Source: Moniliella sp. 'wahieum'
Taxonomy: Eukaryota
Direction of reading: 5' to 3'
Assembly (NCBI GenBank): GCA_003971905.1
Contig: RSEE01000153.1
Span: forward strand, 1 to 64,000
Length of the DNA: 64,000 bases
This document shows positions 25,708 to 38,100 of this stretch, piece by piece (position 1 is the first letter of the stretch; each line of letters begins with the position of its first letter). The notes under the pieces are model-generated. The model did no database searches, was not told the origin of the DNA, and was given only the letters and a program-made list of their open reading frames with translations. The position numbers and the translations under genes were made by a program.

Positions 25708-27468
25708 ATGCCCACCTCCGCACCCCGCCCGGCGCCCTCACGCGCCGCTCACATCACCCTCCAGCACTCGCTCCTGCCCCTCGCTGGCCTCCTTGTTCTT
25801 GCCGTCGGCCTCGCCTCGGCCTCGGCCACCACGATCGCTTCTGCTCCTCCTGGCGCCCCCGACCTCGACGACGCCACCTGGGCCCGCCCACTCCTCGCAG
25901 CTTGCAGCACCACCTGCTACCCTGAGCCGCCTCTTTCGCGCTCTTCCCGGATCGCCCATTGTTGTGCGCTATGTGACGAGCAGCTACCAAAATGACCCGT
26001 TCCGCACTTTGCTCGAGCTGCTCCTCATCGGCTTTGCCCTCCGCACCATCCTCCAGCAGCGCAAGTCCCAGGCCGGCTCTAACTTTGTCGAGCTCACCCC
26101 GGCCGAGATCGATGGGTTGGTGGACGAATTTAACCCTGAGCCCCTCTGCACCCCGCTCAATGACTTTGAAAAGTGGGATTTGGCTTCGGTTCCTCTCATT
26201 GTTGGCCCCAACGGCCCTCGCCCTACAGTCAAATCAGAAGCTGTGGGCGAGCGGACCAAGGTGCTGAACCTGGCTAGCTTCAACTTCACTGACCTCTCCT
26301 CCGAGCCCGAGATGAAGGAGCGTGCGATTCAGACGCTGCGCCAGTACGGTGTTGGGTCCTGCAGCCCTCCTGGCTTTTACGGCACGATCGGTGCGTTGCC
26401 TTGTTTGCCGTAATCTGCACTGTGCTTTCTTGCCGCTAACTTGTGCTCTTTTCCCCTTAGATGTACACATGGACCTTGAGGCCAACCTGGCGCGCTTCCT
26501 TGGCACCGAACGCGCCATCGTCTACGCCCAGGGTTTCACTACCATCTAGTGTTATTCCGGCCTTTTGCAAGCGCGGAGACGTGATCGTGGCTGACCGCGG
26601 GGTGAATTACTCCATCCAAAAGGGCATTCAGATCAGTCGGTCGAAAGTGCGGTGGTATGAACACAACAGCATGTCTTCATTGTCCCGCGTGCTCGAGTCG
26701 ATCACCCGCGACGATGTGCGCCGCAAACAGCCGCTCACTCGTCGCTTCATCATTACCGAGGGCATCTTTGAGAACGATGGTCAACTGAGCGATTTGGGCG
26801 CCATCGTCGCTTTGGCCAAGAAGCACAAGTTCCGCATTCTGCTTGATGAAGGCCTTTCTTTTGGTACAATTGGAAAGACAGGCAAGGGTGCAACTGAGTT
26901 GTTCGGAATTCCGGCTACCGATATTGACATTCTGACGGGTAACTTGGCCAACACCCTTGGCAGTGCTGGTGGCTTTGTTGCTGGCTCGGCGGTGGTCGAA
27001 TTCCACCAACGGATTAACTCGCCTGGATTTGTCTATTCAGCCGCCTTGCCTGCGCTCAATGCGGTGACCGCCTCCACTGCGATTGAGCGGCTGCAGACTG
27101 ACGCCTCGCTTCGCGTCTTGCAAGACAACATTCGTACTCTCCGCAGCGTCCTGGACACTATTCCTACAATTGACATTCCCTCGCACAGCCCCTCCCATCA
27201 TTCACATTCGTGTTCGTGCTGGAAATCGGAGCTGAGCGTGGAAGAGCAGGCGCGGTTGCTGCAAGCGATCGTCGACCGAGCCTTGGCCCAAGGTGTCCTT
27301 CTCGTTCGTTCCCGCCGTCTGCCCTCGATCAACCCGGCCGTGCTCGATACCAAACCTGACTCCGACCCCACGATCCGGATTGCCGTCTCGTCGGCTTTCA
27401 CTAAGTCCGAGATGCAGGTTGCAGCCCAGGTTCTGCGTCAAGCGATCGTTGATGTTTTGGGTCAGTAG
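25708..27468 (+). CDS. LCB1: Serine palmitoyltransferase subunit Lcb1/SPTLC1
   Basis: YVTSSYQNDPFRTLLELLL, EIDGLVDEFNPEPL, NLASFNF, YGVGSCSPPGFYGTI-[intron 26391-26460]-DVHMDLE, VIPAFCKRGDVIVADRGVN, RRFIITEGIFENDG, HQRINSPGFVYSAALP. Confidence 0.93.
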
Positions 27469-27510
27469 ACAGACCTTGACACCTTCCCTTGACCTACGCC
27501 CTACCCGCCT

Positions 27511-27620
27511 TCCTTGACCCTGCAAGATTGTTCCTCTATGGCATGTACCCTGGTTCCTACCTATGCCCGCCCTCCTTGACCCTGCAAGATAGTTCCTCTA
27601 TGGCATGTACCCTGGTTTCC
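27511..27620. repeat. Near-perfect ~47-bp direct duplication (period 62) in the LCB1/THR1 convergent gap
   Basis: tccttgaccctgcaagat(t/a)gttcctctatggcatgtaccctggtt at 27511 and 27573. Confidence 0.85.
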
Positions 27621-27678
27621 TCGTCCACAGAAAATTCAAAAACAAACGATGGCATGCGAAATACGGGCTCACAACACC

Positions 27679-28744
27679 CTAGTCTTCTAGGACCTGGACC
27701 CCATCGTAAGTGACAGAGAGAAACTGCACGTCGCACTCGATCTTCTCCTTGGCAAACTCTCCTGTGATTGTGTCAGAAATGTGCGACAGGTTGACCGTTG
27801 CCAAAGCCAGGATGGCAGGACTGGCACCATAAAGACAGATGCCCAAGAGCCCCGGGTGGGAAGAAGGCGTGACACTGGCCAGGATGCGCGGGAGGCCTGG
27901 GATGAGTTGAGAGCGGTAGGGCTGGTGGACCTTATCCTGCATAGCCTGGAAGACAAGGTTGACGTTCACAGGGCTACGGGCCAGTGCGCTGGTGAGGACA
28001 CTGCAAGCCGTTGCAGGTTGAAAACGAGATCGTGCCGGGAAACGGTGGTGGGCAAAACCGCACGCGCTTTGGCAGTCGGTACTTCAAATTGCGGATGATG
28101 GCAATCACCTGGATCTCGGGCGCCCAGCCAAACCGAATGTAGTGTCCAATCCCACGCGGCGGGGGGGGCGGATTGCGGCCCCAGCCGGGCGACGCATCGG
28201 GTGGATACTCGGGAAGGACTTCAGACAGGGGCACATCCTTCGCCTCTGTTTCTTCGGGCGACAGCTCGAGGAGATAGGAACCGACAAAGCCCCCCACCAG
28301 CGCGGCCGTCACGTTATCTGGATGACGCTCAATCATCAGAGCATGGTCCAACAGACGAGACGTGTCAAGCCCCAGCTTGCCCACAGCCGGTTGCCCAGCA
28401 CCACACCTGCCACCACAGCCGCACCCGATGAGCCTAGCCCACGACCAAACGGCACCTCATTGTGCACATCAATCGACACCCCTAACGGGAACGAGAAGAA
28501 ACACCGTTGGCACGCAGAACGTAGAGAGCGGTGCGGGTGGTCAAGTTCTTGTAGGGATCCAACGGCGCGTCTGCTGCACCCTGCCCCGTGTAATGCAACG
28601 TCGGCGCACTGCAGTATTCTTCGCGGTCGGGTCGACTTTGACACGCAATGTAAGGTAGAGGGACAGGGAGAGACCCACAACGACAAATCCAGGGCCAATG
28701 TTGGAGAAGGTGCAGGGCAGCTTGATCGTGAAGGAATCGGCCAT
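27679..28744 (-). CDS. THR1: Homoserine kinase (GHMP family); conserved motifs are altered, so possibly a decaying copy
   Basis: NIGPGF, NEVPFGRGLGSSGAAVVAGV, IERHPDNVTAALVGGF, AMQDKVHQPYRSQLIPGL. The expected ANIGPGFD reads SNIGPGFV and SGAGPT reads YGASPA. Confidence 0.88.
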
Positions 28745-29480
28745 ATTAAGATCTAAAAAATGTAGTTGACAAGCGCGGGGTCGGTGGTGGGGATGGAGAA
28801 ACACTTTATACTAGTAGACTATTATCCCCCGGAAAATGCCGAAATCGTTTTGTCCGCTCAGACGATCCAGGCAAGAGTGAGTTGTCGAACTAATGTTGCC
28901 AGTGTGACTGACTATGACTATTCACACTGACCAGTGGCGCCGGTGAAGCTAGTGAAGCTAGTGAAGTGACTAAGTATATTGTGGCTACTGTGACGATGCT
29001 TTGTTTATACTACTGACAAGACTGACAACCCTACTAGCACAGCTCCCAAAAGTACCCGCGTTTCAAAGCCATCGCTCTTCCCCAAGTTATTCTCGCATCC
29101 ACAGCGCCTTGCCTACGCTCGGTTAGTCGATGTGACCCGTACCGTTCCATTGGGAGCGCATAGCTTTGCGCTCACTGCTCGTCACTGCTCACTCGCTGGT
29201 GTAGTTTGTTCATCAGCCCCGGGTCACGTGCTCTTAGTCCTGATGGCAGCGCAAGTAGCGAACGCACTGTGGACTGATGCCGACTCCGGCGCTATGTTAC
29301 TGTGCAGCGTACTAATCAAGATGCCGTTACCCCAATGCCTCTCAGTTGAAAGGTGCTGTGTTTCTTCGTCGGGCCCGACTGTGGGAAGGGATCGTTGTAG
29401 ATCTGCATGTTATTCAAACGAGGAGGACCACCGGGCCTACGGCCCGGTCGGCTGGGGCTTCGCCCCAGCTTGGTGCTTCG

Positions 29481-29630
29481 TCGCCACCTTAGCCACCGTT
29501 CCCCCTTCGCCACCTTAGCCACCGTTCCCCCGTCGCCACCTTAGCCACCGTTCCCCCGGCCCACCATCGCCACCTTAGCCACCGGTCCCCTCCGCCACCT
29601 TAGCCACCGTTCCACCGTCGCTACCGTTCC
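29481..29630. repeat. Minisatellite, ~26-bp unit CGCCACCTTAGCCACCGTTCCCC, about five copies
   Basis: Units are read directly and degenerate towards 29630. Confidence 0.85.
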
Positions 29631-29673
29631 ACGCTGGAACCCTTCCACGCTGGAGAGGGCAAATAATATCACC

Positions 29674-29838
29674 GATACTCTGGCTGCGGGTGGCTGGGAA
29701 CGTGTCACGGGGCAGCTGATGTAAAAAGTGCAGGCCAACCAACCTATTTTATTACTTAGTGATACTCTGGCTGCGGGTGGCTGGGAACGTGTCACGGGGC
29801 AGCTGATGTAAAAAGTGCAGGCCAACCAACCTATTTTA
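29674..29838. repeat. Perfect 78-bp direct repeat pair separated by 9 bp
   Basis: 29674-29751 equals 29761-29838 (gatactctggctgcgg...aacctatttta); the spacer is ttacttagt. Confidence 0.9.
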
Positions 29839-29839
29839 C

Positions 29840-29869
29840 CCCCTGTCCCAGCCTTAAGCTCTGTCAATG
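29840..29869. repeat. 30-bp dispersed repeat, copy 2
   Basis: Identical to 20099-20128. Confidence 0.9.
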
Positions 29870-30082
29870 GAATGCACACAACTTAGTGATGACCAGTCGT
29901 AATCAGCAGTCCGCATGGGATTCAAATGTGGTAAAAAATCGTACTTGGTAGTAGATATGCGAGGAAAGGGCCATAAGAAGGCCACGAGAGGGCAAAACGA
30001 GTCTCGGGGGGAAAGTAGGAGAGGGGCGATGTAGCAGGGACGGTCTCGGGAAGGGCGGGGCAAGGGGACACAACAAGATGGG

Positions 30083-33000
30083 TTACTCCCACTCTTCTTC
30101 CTCACCGCGTTCGTCCAATTTATACTTGAGTCGTGTATCGCGCACGAGCGTAGGCTGCAACGTGGATTGAAGCCCCAATAAGGCACGGGACAGCGCCTCG
30201 CTCGCCCCGGCCGCAGAACGCAACAAGGCGAGGGAATGGCCTTGGCGCCTCCCTCGTCCGTCGATGGGCCGGGAGGGGAAGAAGCGGCCGCCTCATCCAC
30301 ATACCGCCGCTCGTACAGATCCATCGGCAGTGCCAACATGATCTGTGCCGCCGAGGTGAGGCCTTTGGAGAGGCCACGGTACGCTTGGTCCATGGCTTCA
30401 CGCATGTCGCTGGGTGGGGTGGCATAATGCGAGCCCGACGGAACTGTGGTCACGGCCACCGCAGGGCCTACCAGCACATTCTCTGCTCCCTCCAGCAGGG
30501 TTTGAGTGCCGGTTGCCAAACGGGCACCGAGACGAACGGCCTCGAGGGCGGCAGTGTGAGCAAAGTGACGGGCAGCAAGTTGAAACCCCTTGAGCGGGCG
30601 ACCATCCTTCTGGTACTGCTCGATCGGCAACAAGGCCAGCTCGGCCAAGCCGCCACCCAGGGTGGACACGGTGCGCAAAGGTGCGATCCCCGAAAGCACA
30701 TCCGTTAGTTGGTTTGCCGTCACGTCGGGGGCCCAAATGTCGTGGAGGCTGTCGAGCACGCGGCACCCCCTGGATACCATGCAGCGTCGTATGGCGTAAC
30801 GTCAGCCGGGCGCCGTCGAAATGGAAAAAGTTCATCATCTCTACCACCTGACCCTGCTTGAGCAAACCAAAGTTGACCGCTTGGGCTTGTAGTCAAGTTT
30901 GATGGGGATGGGCCAGATCTCGGCTTTGCGAATAAAGGCACCACCAGACGGAGGAGACACCGGCACGCCTTGGTCCAGATCGCGCTGCGCCGAGAAACCA
31001 AAAAATACTTTGAGGAAATCTAGGGCGTCTTGGTCAACATGAAGTCGCACTGGGGCCACTTGGGCTGTTACCTCATACTCTTCTCCCTCTTCTTGAGGGA
31101 ACCCATCGAGACGAAGAACGACTTGGGCCTTTTCCTCCTGTCGCACCCGCGGGTCTTCAGGCGCCATGGCCGTCATGAATGTCCGCCATGTCGAGGTCGG
31201 CATCTCGTCCACAATCTCCACGCGGTCCAGGTGCACCTCAGCACGCGAGCCTCGACCAGTCTGAGGATCGGGATGGCGGTAGGCACGAAAAGTGCCGCGA
31301 GCGCCACGTATGGAGATGCGCAAAGCGGGATGAACAGCGCGAGCGAGTTTGGACCGAACACTTTGGCGGTTGGCCTTGGTCTTGCCCTGGGCCTGGCCCT
31401 GCGGCGAAGGGTGCACCTTCCTCATCCCATCCCACGTTCTCGTGGACAATGTGCAAAAATCCATCGGCTTGCATACCACTCAAATCGGCAGGGAGTGGGA
31501 GGTGGATGGAGCGCATCAGGTCCTCGGCCGCGTCGGGCACCGCTTCGGGCGGCGTATAGCCTTGGGCCAGCAGCTGCTTGATCTTGAGCAGGCGGCGACG
31601 CACTCGTGAGGCCTTGGACCGCACATACTCCCGACTTGACACCCAATCGTATCCGCCAAACAGTTCAATGGTCACATTTACATCCTCCACATCGACACGG
31701 AGGTTACTGCAGCCAAACGTTAGTGCATGCCCACAAATTCATCGCACGCATACGCACCATTCCTGAGCATCTTCTTTGTCGGCACGTGCAAGAAGCAGGG
31801 AAGAGTACCCCACCTTGGGCCCAGACCAAGAAGGGTGGAATACTTTGACGGTCGTTGAGCCCGTTTGGTATGTTTTCTTCACGGGAGGGAGCATGTACAC
31901 AGTAGGGCGCGGGAGGGGTACTTGGACGGTGCGAGGAACAGCACGGGTATGACGTCCGGCCCCGAGCATCGCCTTCTCTGTTGTTGCGTCCCGTGGAGGC
32001 CGGAAGCGAACAGGTCGCGTCGAAGCAGTTCCCTCAACAGCCTCTTGAACATCCAAAAAGACACTTTGTCCCAGCAGAAGGGGAGGCTCGATCTCCACCT
32101 CTTCCATCGCCGGTCCTGGTGTCGGGTGGAGCTTGGAGGCGGCGCAAAGAACTCTTCCTCTTCTGTCCCGCTCATGCCTTGGAGACGAGAGAGGGCCGGC
32201 GAAGCCGATTGCGCCCTAAAGGTGCGAGGAGAGGAGGTTGTGGAGGAGCTGGATTCGTCGGAGCTGTTCGCCGAGCTAAGACCTGCCGCAAACTGCGTCA
32301 CCACGGCCAAGGTGTCGGCCGCTAACGTCAACCGGACACGGGCATGGGAGAGGATAATGTGCGCCGGAGAAAACGCGCCCTTCAGCACAATTTGAGCCAG
32401 GGGGGCAAAGCCAGTTTGGGTCCACAGACTGAGCGGTGTACCAGTATGAGCCAGCAAGGTGTGGAGCAGGTCTGGTCCGCCCTTGTCCAACACGAGTAGC
32501 CGGGCACAAGCTCGCTGTAGCTGCTTGGACTCCTAGTGGGGTCAGGTCCACTGCCGCTCGACCGAAGACGCTAGCACCCCCATCACAGCTTGGTCTGCAC
32601 CCGGTGTCAACCCCACTTGAAGATTGACCATCCGCACCCGTACCTCGGTCCGGTCCGAAGGTGTGACATGGACAAACGTATCTTCAGGCGTGTGGGCGAG
32701 CTGAGCCAGCTGAGCAATATAAGGCGCGTCTAGCCCACGTGCGCCAGAGCATCCCTTACCTCCAACGTTAGGCAAGTTGTCTTTCCTGTGTCTGTGGTCA
32801 AGGTACGGACTTGAACCGTGCCACAGGCCTGATCCACGGGCGAAGCAACAAGGAGCGGATGGGGGTGCCGCCATCGTCGCTCGGAAAGTAGGTCACACCC
32901 ACTTGAGACAGAGATGCATCTACGCCACCAGCCAACACAACGTTCACGCCCGACGCCAGAAGCACCACCTTCTCTTTGCTTGTCAAGCGAGGGAAATAGA

Positions 33001-34894
33001 GCTCGGTGCAAATGTGGTCAATCTTCACCTTCACCGGCCGTGCCCCTTCCTCACTTGGTTCGGAGTCCATCTGTCCTTGCTCCAAAGGACTAACCTCGGC
33101 AGCCCAGCAGGTCAAATCATCCAGCGCCATCTCGAGTTGGGCCCATCGCACCGGGTCAAGCCGGGCCTCCACTTGGGCCAGGTGAATGTCGGTCCCCTCT
33201 GGGTGAATCACAACCTCCACTGCTGGTTGAGGAAGACGCACGATCCCTTCCTCCTCTCCGCTAGGCGGAGTATGGTACATGACCATCTCCTGTACAGCCA
33301 ATGTCCAGTCAGCGGGGGTGACAGGCGCAAAGTGGGTCTTGCGTTTGTTTCCTTAGACTGGTGGTCCGGGTGAGAGGCCAACACAATAGAATTGAGGTGC
33401 AGGCGGTACGTTCCTGCGCGCGAGGGGAGCAATGTGCGTGGTGCATGGCTATGCCGCGGGATGGGGAGGGAGAGATCGAGGCTAGGGCAGGTAAGCTGGA
33501 TCTTAGCTGGCGGTGGCAGTTGGCGGTGGCGTGGAGATGACAAGGGGACCGAGGGAGGCAGGGCACTGCGGGAGAAACTGGAGAGTAGAGTTTGGAGGCT
33601 GCTGCCTACCTGTCCGAGGTAGGGATGAGCAGGGAACCAGTGATGGCAGCCAAGGCGATCGTCCAGCCCGCGTGTGGGCATCTTGGCCCGCCCTTAGTGC
33701 CGGTGTATCCCGCTCGCCAATGGAGAGGATTTGAGTCCCGTCGGTGTTGAGCGAAAGGGAGCCAAGTGACATGACAAGAATCCGAAAGCTCGGCACCCAG
33801 CTGCTGGAGAGTAAGGTGGAGTGGGGGGCATGTGGGCAGAGTGTAGGAAACCATGGCACGCTGCAGCGTGAAAGACCAGAAAGAAGCAGACGCAGGTGGC
33901 GAAGAGGATGCCGCGGGGCGAGGGGCGGTCCCAGGAGAGGCAGCGCAACGACAAAACAATATCAAGCCACGGGGCAACAGCAGTCGCGAGGGTGTCGGGT
34001 CGAGGTGGAGCACGATGGACGCTATCTGTGCTGTGCCAGATTGGGGAGATATGGTGCCAGAGCAAGCGGGAGCTACGCCGACTTTGCCTGTCGTGTCGGC
34101 AGTGATGGACAGGAGGTTGTGGGCTCTTGCCGGGGCAGAGGGTGTCGGGCATGGCGTCGTGGTAGACGCTTTGGCGCAGATCGAGCACCGCTGAGCTCAG
34201 AGCAAGGTAGTTCTCGTTGTCGTCGCCCTGGTCGGAGTCCGAGTCGGAGGCGGAAGCAGGATTGGGCGGCACCAGGGCGAGGTGGAGCGAGTCAAGGGCA
34301 AATGCATGGGAAAGGGGGTCGCCGCGGGGGTCGGGGCCGATGCGAAGGGGCCGAGAGTGAGGACGAGGGTAGGGGCGGCAGGTGCTGTGGGCGGCGGGGC
34401 GAGGTGGATGATGCAGCGTCGAGGTCGATCTGGATGCGGGCGAGGAGCGACTGGGTCCAGCGGGCGGCAAAGCCAGGCGGGGCGGCGGAGCAGACTCGGC
34501 AACAGCGGACTGGACGGCTTCGGTGGCTGCGGCATGGATGCTGGCGGCGAGATCGGCGGGGGTGGGGACAGAGGCGGAGGGCGAGGGTGGCGTGGAGCTC
34601 GAGCTGCTCGAGGACGATGCGGACGGGGCGTCGGCGGACCAGAGCTGGGCGAGGGGCGGCCTGGAGCTGGAGGGCGGCGAGGGTGGCGTGGGTGGGGACG
34701 AGGTGGGGGAGGGGGCAGCGGTGGCGAGCGGCTGGTCGAGGCGGACGCGGCGCACGTCGAGGCGGCCGGCGAGCAGCGCGGCGTCGATCTGGCGTCGTCG
34801 AGGGCGGGCGCGAGGGGCCCGAGAGGGTGCGGAGCATGTAGGCCACCGCGCGCCGCTGGACGGGGCCGGGCCAGTCCAGCGCCAGGCCGAGCAT
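30083..34894 (-). CDS. ATG2: Autophagy-related lipid transfer protein Atg2; frameshifted as assembled
   Basis: Chorein-like N-terminus (WPGPVQRRAVAYML..QIDAALLAG); ELFGGYDW; PVRLHVDQDALDFLKVFF; IKLDYKPKR; EMMNFFHFDGARLTLRH; WAPDVTANQL; EAVRLGARLATGTQ; C-terminal LLGLQSTL...KYK. Confidence 0.92.
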
Positions 34895-35185
34895 GGGACA
34901 AGCTGGGGGGGCTGTGTGGGGGGGCGGCGCTGGGGATGGCAGCTCCTATCTGGGAGTCTTAGCTGCCCTGGTCGATTGATCAGGAGGCCGCAGCCAATCA
35001 GCAATCATAATCACTCGCCACTAGTCAGTCCCTTGGCCAATCATTATCAGACGACTACTCGACGCGCCTGGTCACGTGCACCCCGCCCGCGCTGACGTCA
35101 GCCCTCCCGCCCTCCCACCCTCCCCGCCGCCTTACATCAGCCGCAATCCTTCCTGGGCGCTAGGGTTGGCAGTGGCCCCTGCTGC

Positions 35186-38100
35186 ATGCGCCGCAGCGCC
35201 GTGGCCATCGCCATCGCCATCGCCATCGCCATTGCCATTGCCATCGCCCTCTCCACCCTCCCCACCACCACACGCCCACCCCGCCCCGCTCCTCCCCCCC
35301 CGCCTCCTCCCCCCCCTACACCCCCACCGCCCTCCCCTTGCCGTCGTCTGGCCTGCTCGACGGCGGCGCCTCTCCCGCGAGTCGCCGCCGCTGGCGACTC
35401 GGCCGGCTCTCCTGACGAACGCTTGTTTGCCTCCGCCCTCGCCGCACTGCACCAGCAGGTCCCCCCTTTGTCCCTCGCCACCCCTCCCTCTCCCGACCAG
35501 GCCCAGCTCGCGCTCCGTGCACTCTCGCCCTCTTCACCAGCGTCCTCTCCGACTCTGCCCCCGACACCCCTGGCCTGCCCGTGTCTTCCAGCGCGCCCTC
35601 GTGCGCGCAGCCATCGAGCGCGTCGGCTCTGATCTCGCTGCCCAGGCCTTGGCCCAGCGGTTCCCCACCTGCGGTACGTTTCCCATTCCTCGCTCCTGCC
35701 CCTGCTCTGTCTCACCTATCCACAGCCTCATGCCTACCCGCACCGCCGCCGACGTCCTCGCCAGCATTGGGCCTCTCGCACTCAATCCGTCCCTGTCTTC
35801 CATGCTGCCCTCGCTCTCTTCCATATCACGCACACGTCCCCCCCCGACGACCATGCCGTCGCCCAGTTGCTCCTTGCGCTGCTCTGCGAACCCGTCGAGC
35901 CCTCCGTGTCGGCACATTGAGAGCAAGTACGCAGTCCACTGGCCCAGCATTGGCCCCTGCATCGGCAACCCTCAACGCCACATCAGCTGGCCCCCACTAG
36001 TCGCACTCTTTGATGAGATCGCCACTCCAGCACTCAGGCCTGACTCGGAGCAAACCTATGGCCTTGTGTCGTTGCCAGCCATGCACGCAGGCTTGCCCAT
36101 CCGACGGTGTTGGACGCATTGTGGGACCATGCTTGGCGCCACCCCTTGGCCCAGCTCATCTTATCCGCGGCCTCCTGTTGCTCGATCCGCACACATTCGA
36201 TATGTCCACGTGGGTCCTGCATCGCATTGTCGACCCGGGTACGCTGCGGTTGCCATCTGCCCAGCGAACGGGACGGCTTCTGTGGCAACGGAAGCGCTGT
36301 GGCCACCGTGCAAATCCCAATCCCGTCAAGTGGCCGGATCGCGCTGGACAACCAAGACGTGGCTAACCTGCTAGCCGCTGGTTTGAGCGTGGACAATGCG
36401 GTGCTGCGGTCTATTGTAGCCGACCTGGTCGACAAGGCCATCAATCAGAACGCCGACTTGATCCTCATTGGCTTTGGCCAAGTCCCGCCCCCTTGGCCGA
36501 TATTCACAACCACCAATTTTTGCCTTCAATTATCAGCGTGGTGCTCTCGCATTCCAGCCCAATGTCAGCTTGCGCTCTGGTGTCTGTTCCAGGCCAATCC
36601 CATGTTTGCCCTGCGTGCGCTGGCAACAAACGTGGCGACGCTGCCGGGCAAACCTCCTCGGATCTTCTCGTGCTTCAAGAGCTTGGGCTTTTGTCCCAGA
36701 CCACTGACCCGACTGCGATCACGCCATCCACCCCGGCGCAGAAGTGGCCTTTGTATTTGAGTTGGCCAACCTGGCTGATCGGAACAAGCAGTTCGATCTC
36801 CCGCAGTGGCTGGACCGTGGCATTGCAGCGCACCCTCACGCCTTTGTTCGTGCAGCACTCGACTTCCTTGAGCGCAAAGCCCAAGACGAATTGGCCGGTA
36901 ACACGTCCACCACGCAGGTCACCTCGCTCACCCGTCGACGGTGGCCGCCTTCCTCTACGCTTTGCGCTCCCATGGGGACGAGATGAGTGAGGACGAGATT
37001 GACTCGTTCAAATCTGTCCGCAACGTCTGCCTCCAAGTCCACCCACGGCTCATGAATCTCGTCCCAGGTAGCGAGAACATGGAGCCTGGGCTCCAAGTCG
37101 CCTCCTTCCCTCCTGAGATCCAAGCTGAAGCGGACGATTATTATCGCACCCTCTATTCGGGTTCGATGAAGGTAGAGGATATGATGGCGCTCCTCAAGCG
37201 AACCAAGGAGAGCGATGACCCTCTGCAAAAACGGTTGTTCGCTTGCCTGGTGCATACTCTATTTGACGAATACCGCTGCTTTGAACGCGATTACCCTCCG
37301 CGAACTGGGTATTGCTGCCACCGTCTTTGGCCAAATCATCAACGAGGAGTTCGTTGACTACATTCCGCTCGGTATTGCGATCCGGTATGTGCTGGATGCA
37401 TTGCGGAAGCCGCCGTCATCGCCGTTGTTTACGTTCGGGATTCAGGCGCTCCAGAACTTTGCTCGGCGCCTCTCAGAATGGCCCCCGTTGTCCCAAGCCC
37501 TGCTTGCAATCCCAGCTATTACACAGGGCCGGCCGACGTTGTTCGTATGATCCACGAAGCCCAGCAGCGCCCCCCTGGCCGTCCGAGTGGGGGCCAAGCG
37601 ATCCAACCGCGCCGGAGGAGGATGGAACGGTCCGCGCGGTGGCTCAGCTATCACCTCTGAACCGTTTACCGCCATTCATGCCGACGAGCTGGACGACAAG
37701 GAGGATCAGGAGGAGCCGACGGACGAAGTAAGCGACAAAATTCTCTTTTTGGTTAACAACTTGTCGAAGTCCAACTTGGAGTCCAAGCTGGGCGACGCCA
37801 AGTCCCTGGTTGCTCCCGAGCTGTACAATTGGTTTGCCCACTACCTTGTTCTCCAGCGTGTCTCCATCGAACCCAACAATCACTCCCTCTATGCTTCGTT
37901 GATTGATGGGATCGAAGGCGGTCCGCGCTTGATGCGGTACATCTTGCGGGAATCAATTATTAAGATCAAGGCATTGCTGAACAATGAGACGACACTGACG
38001 TCGTCGTCGGATCGGACGTTGCTCAAGAACTTGGCATCGTGGTTGGGTAGCTTGACCCTTGCTCGCAATATCCCCATCAAATATCGCAACATCGCCTTCA

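Noticed and set aside
29481..29838. CRISPR-like array
   Set aside because: The repeats are contiguous or occur as a single pair with no unique spacers, no cas genes are present, and the context is eukaryotic.
35203..35246. (GCCATC)n tract at the NOT1 5' end as a special element
   Set aside because: It is an ordinary hexamer microsatellite, and it is unclear whether it is coding or UTR.
33694..36374. Long overlapping Pro/Arg/Gly-rich ORFs on both strands
   Set aside because: These are shadow ORFs of very GC-rich, frameshifted ATG2 and NOT1 5' regions.
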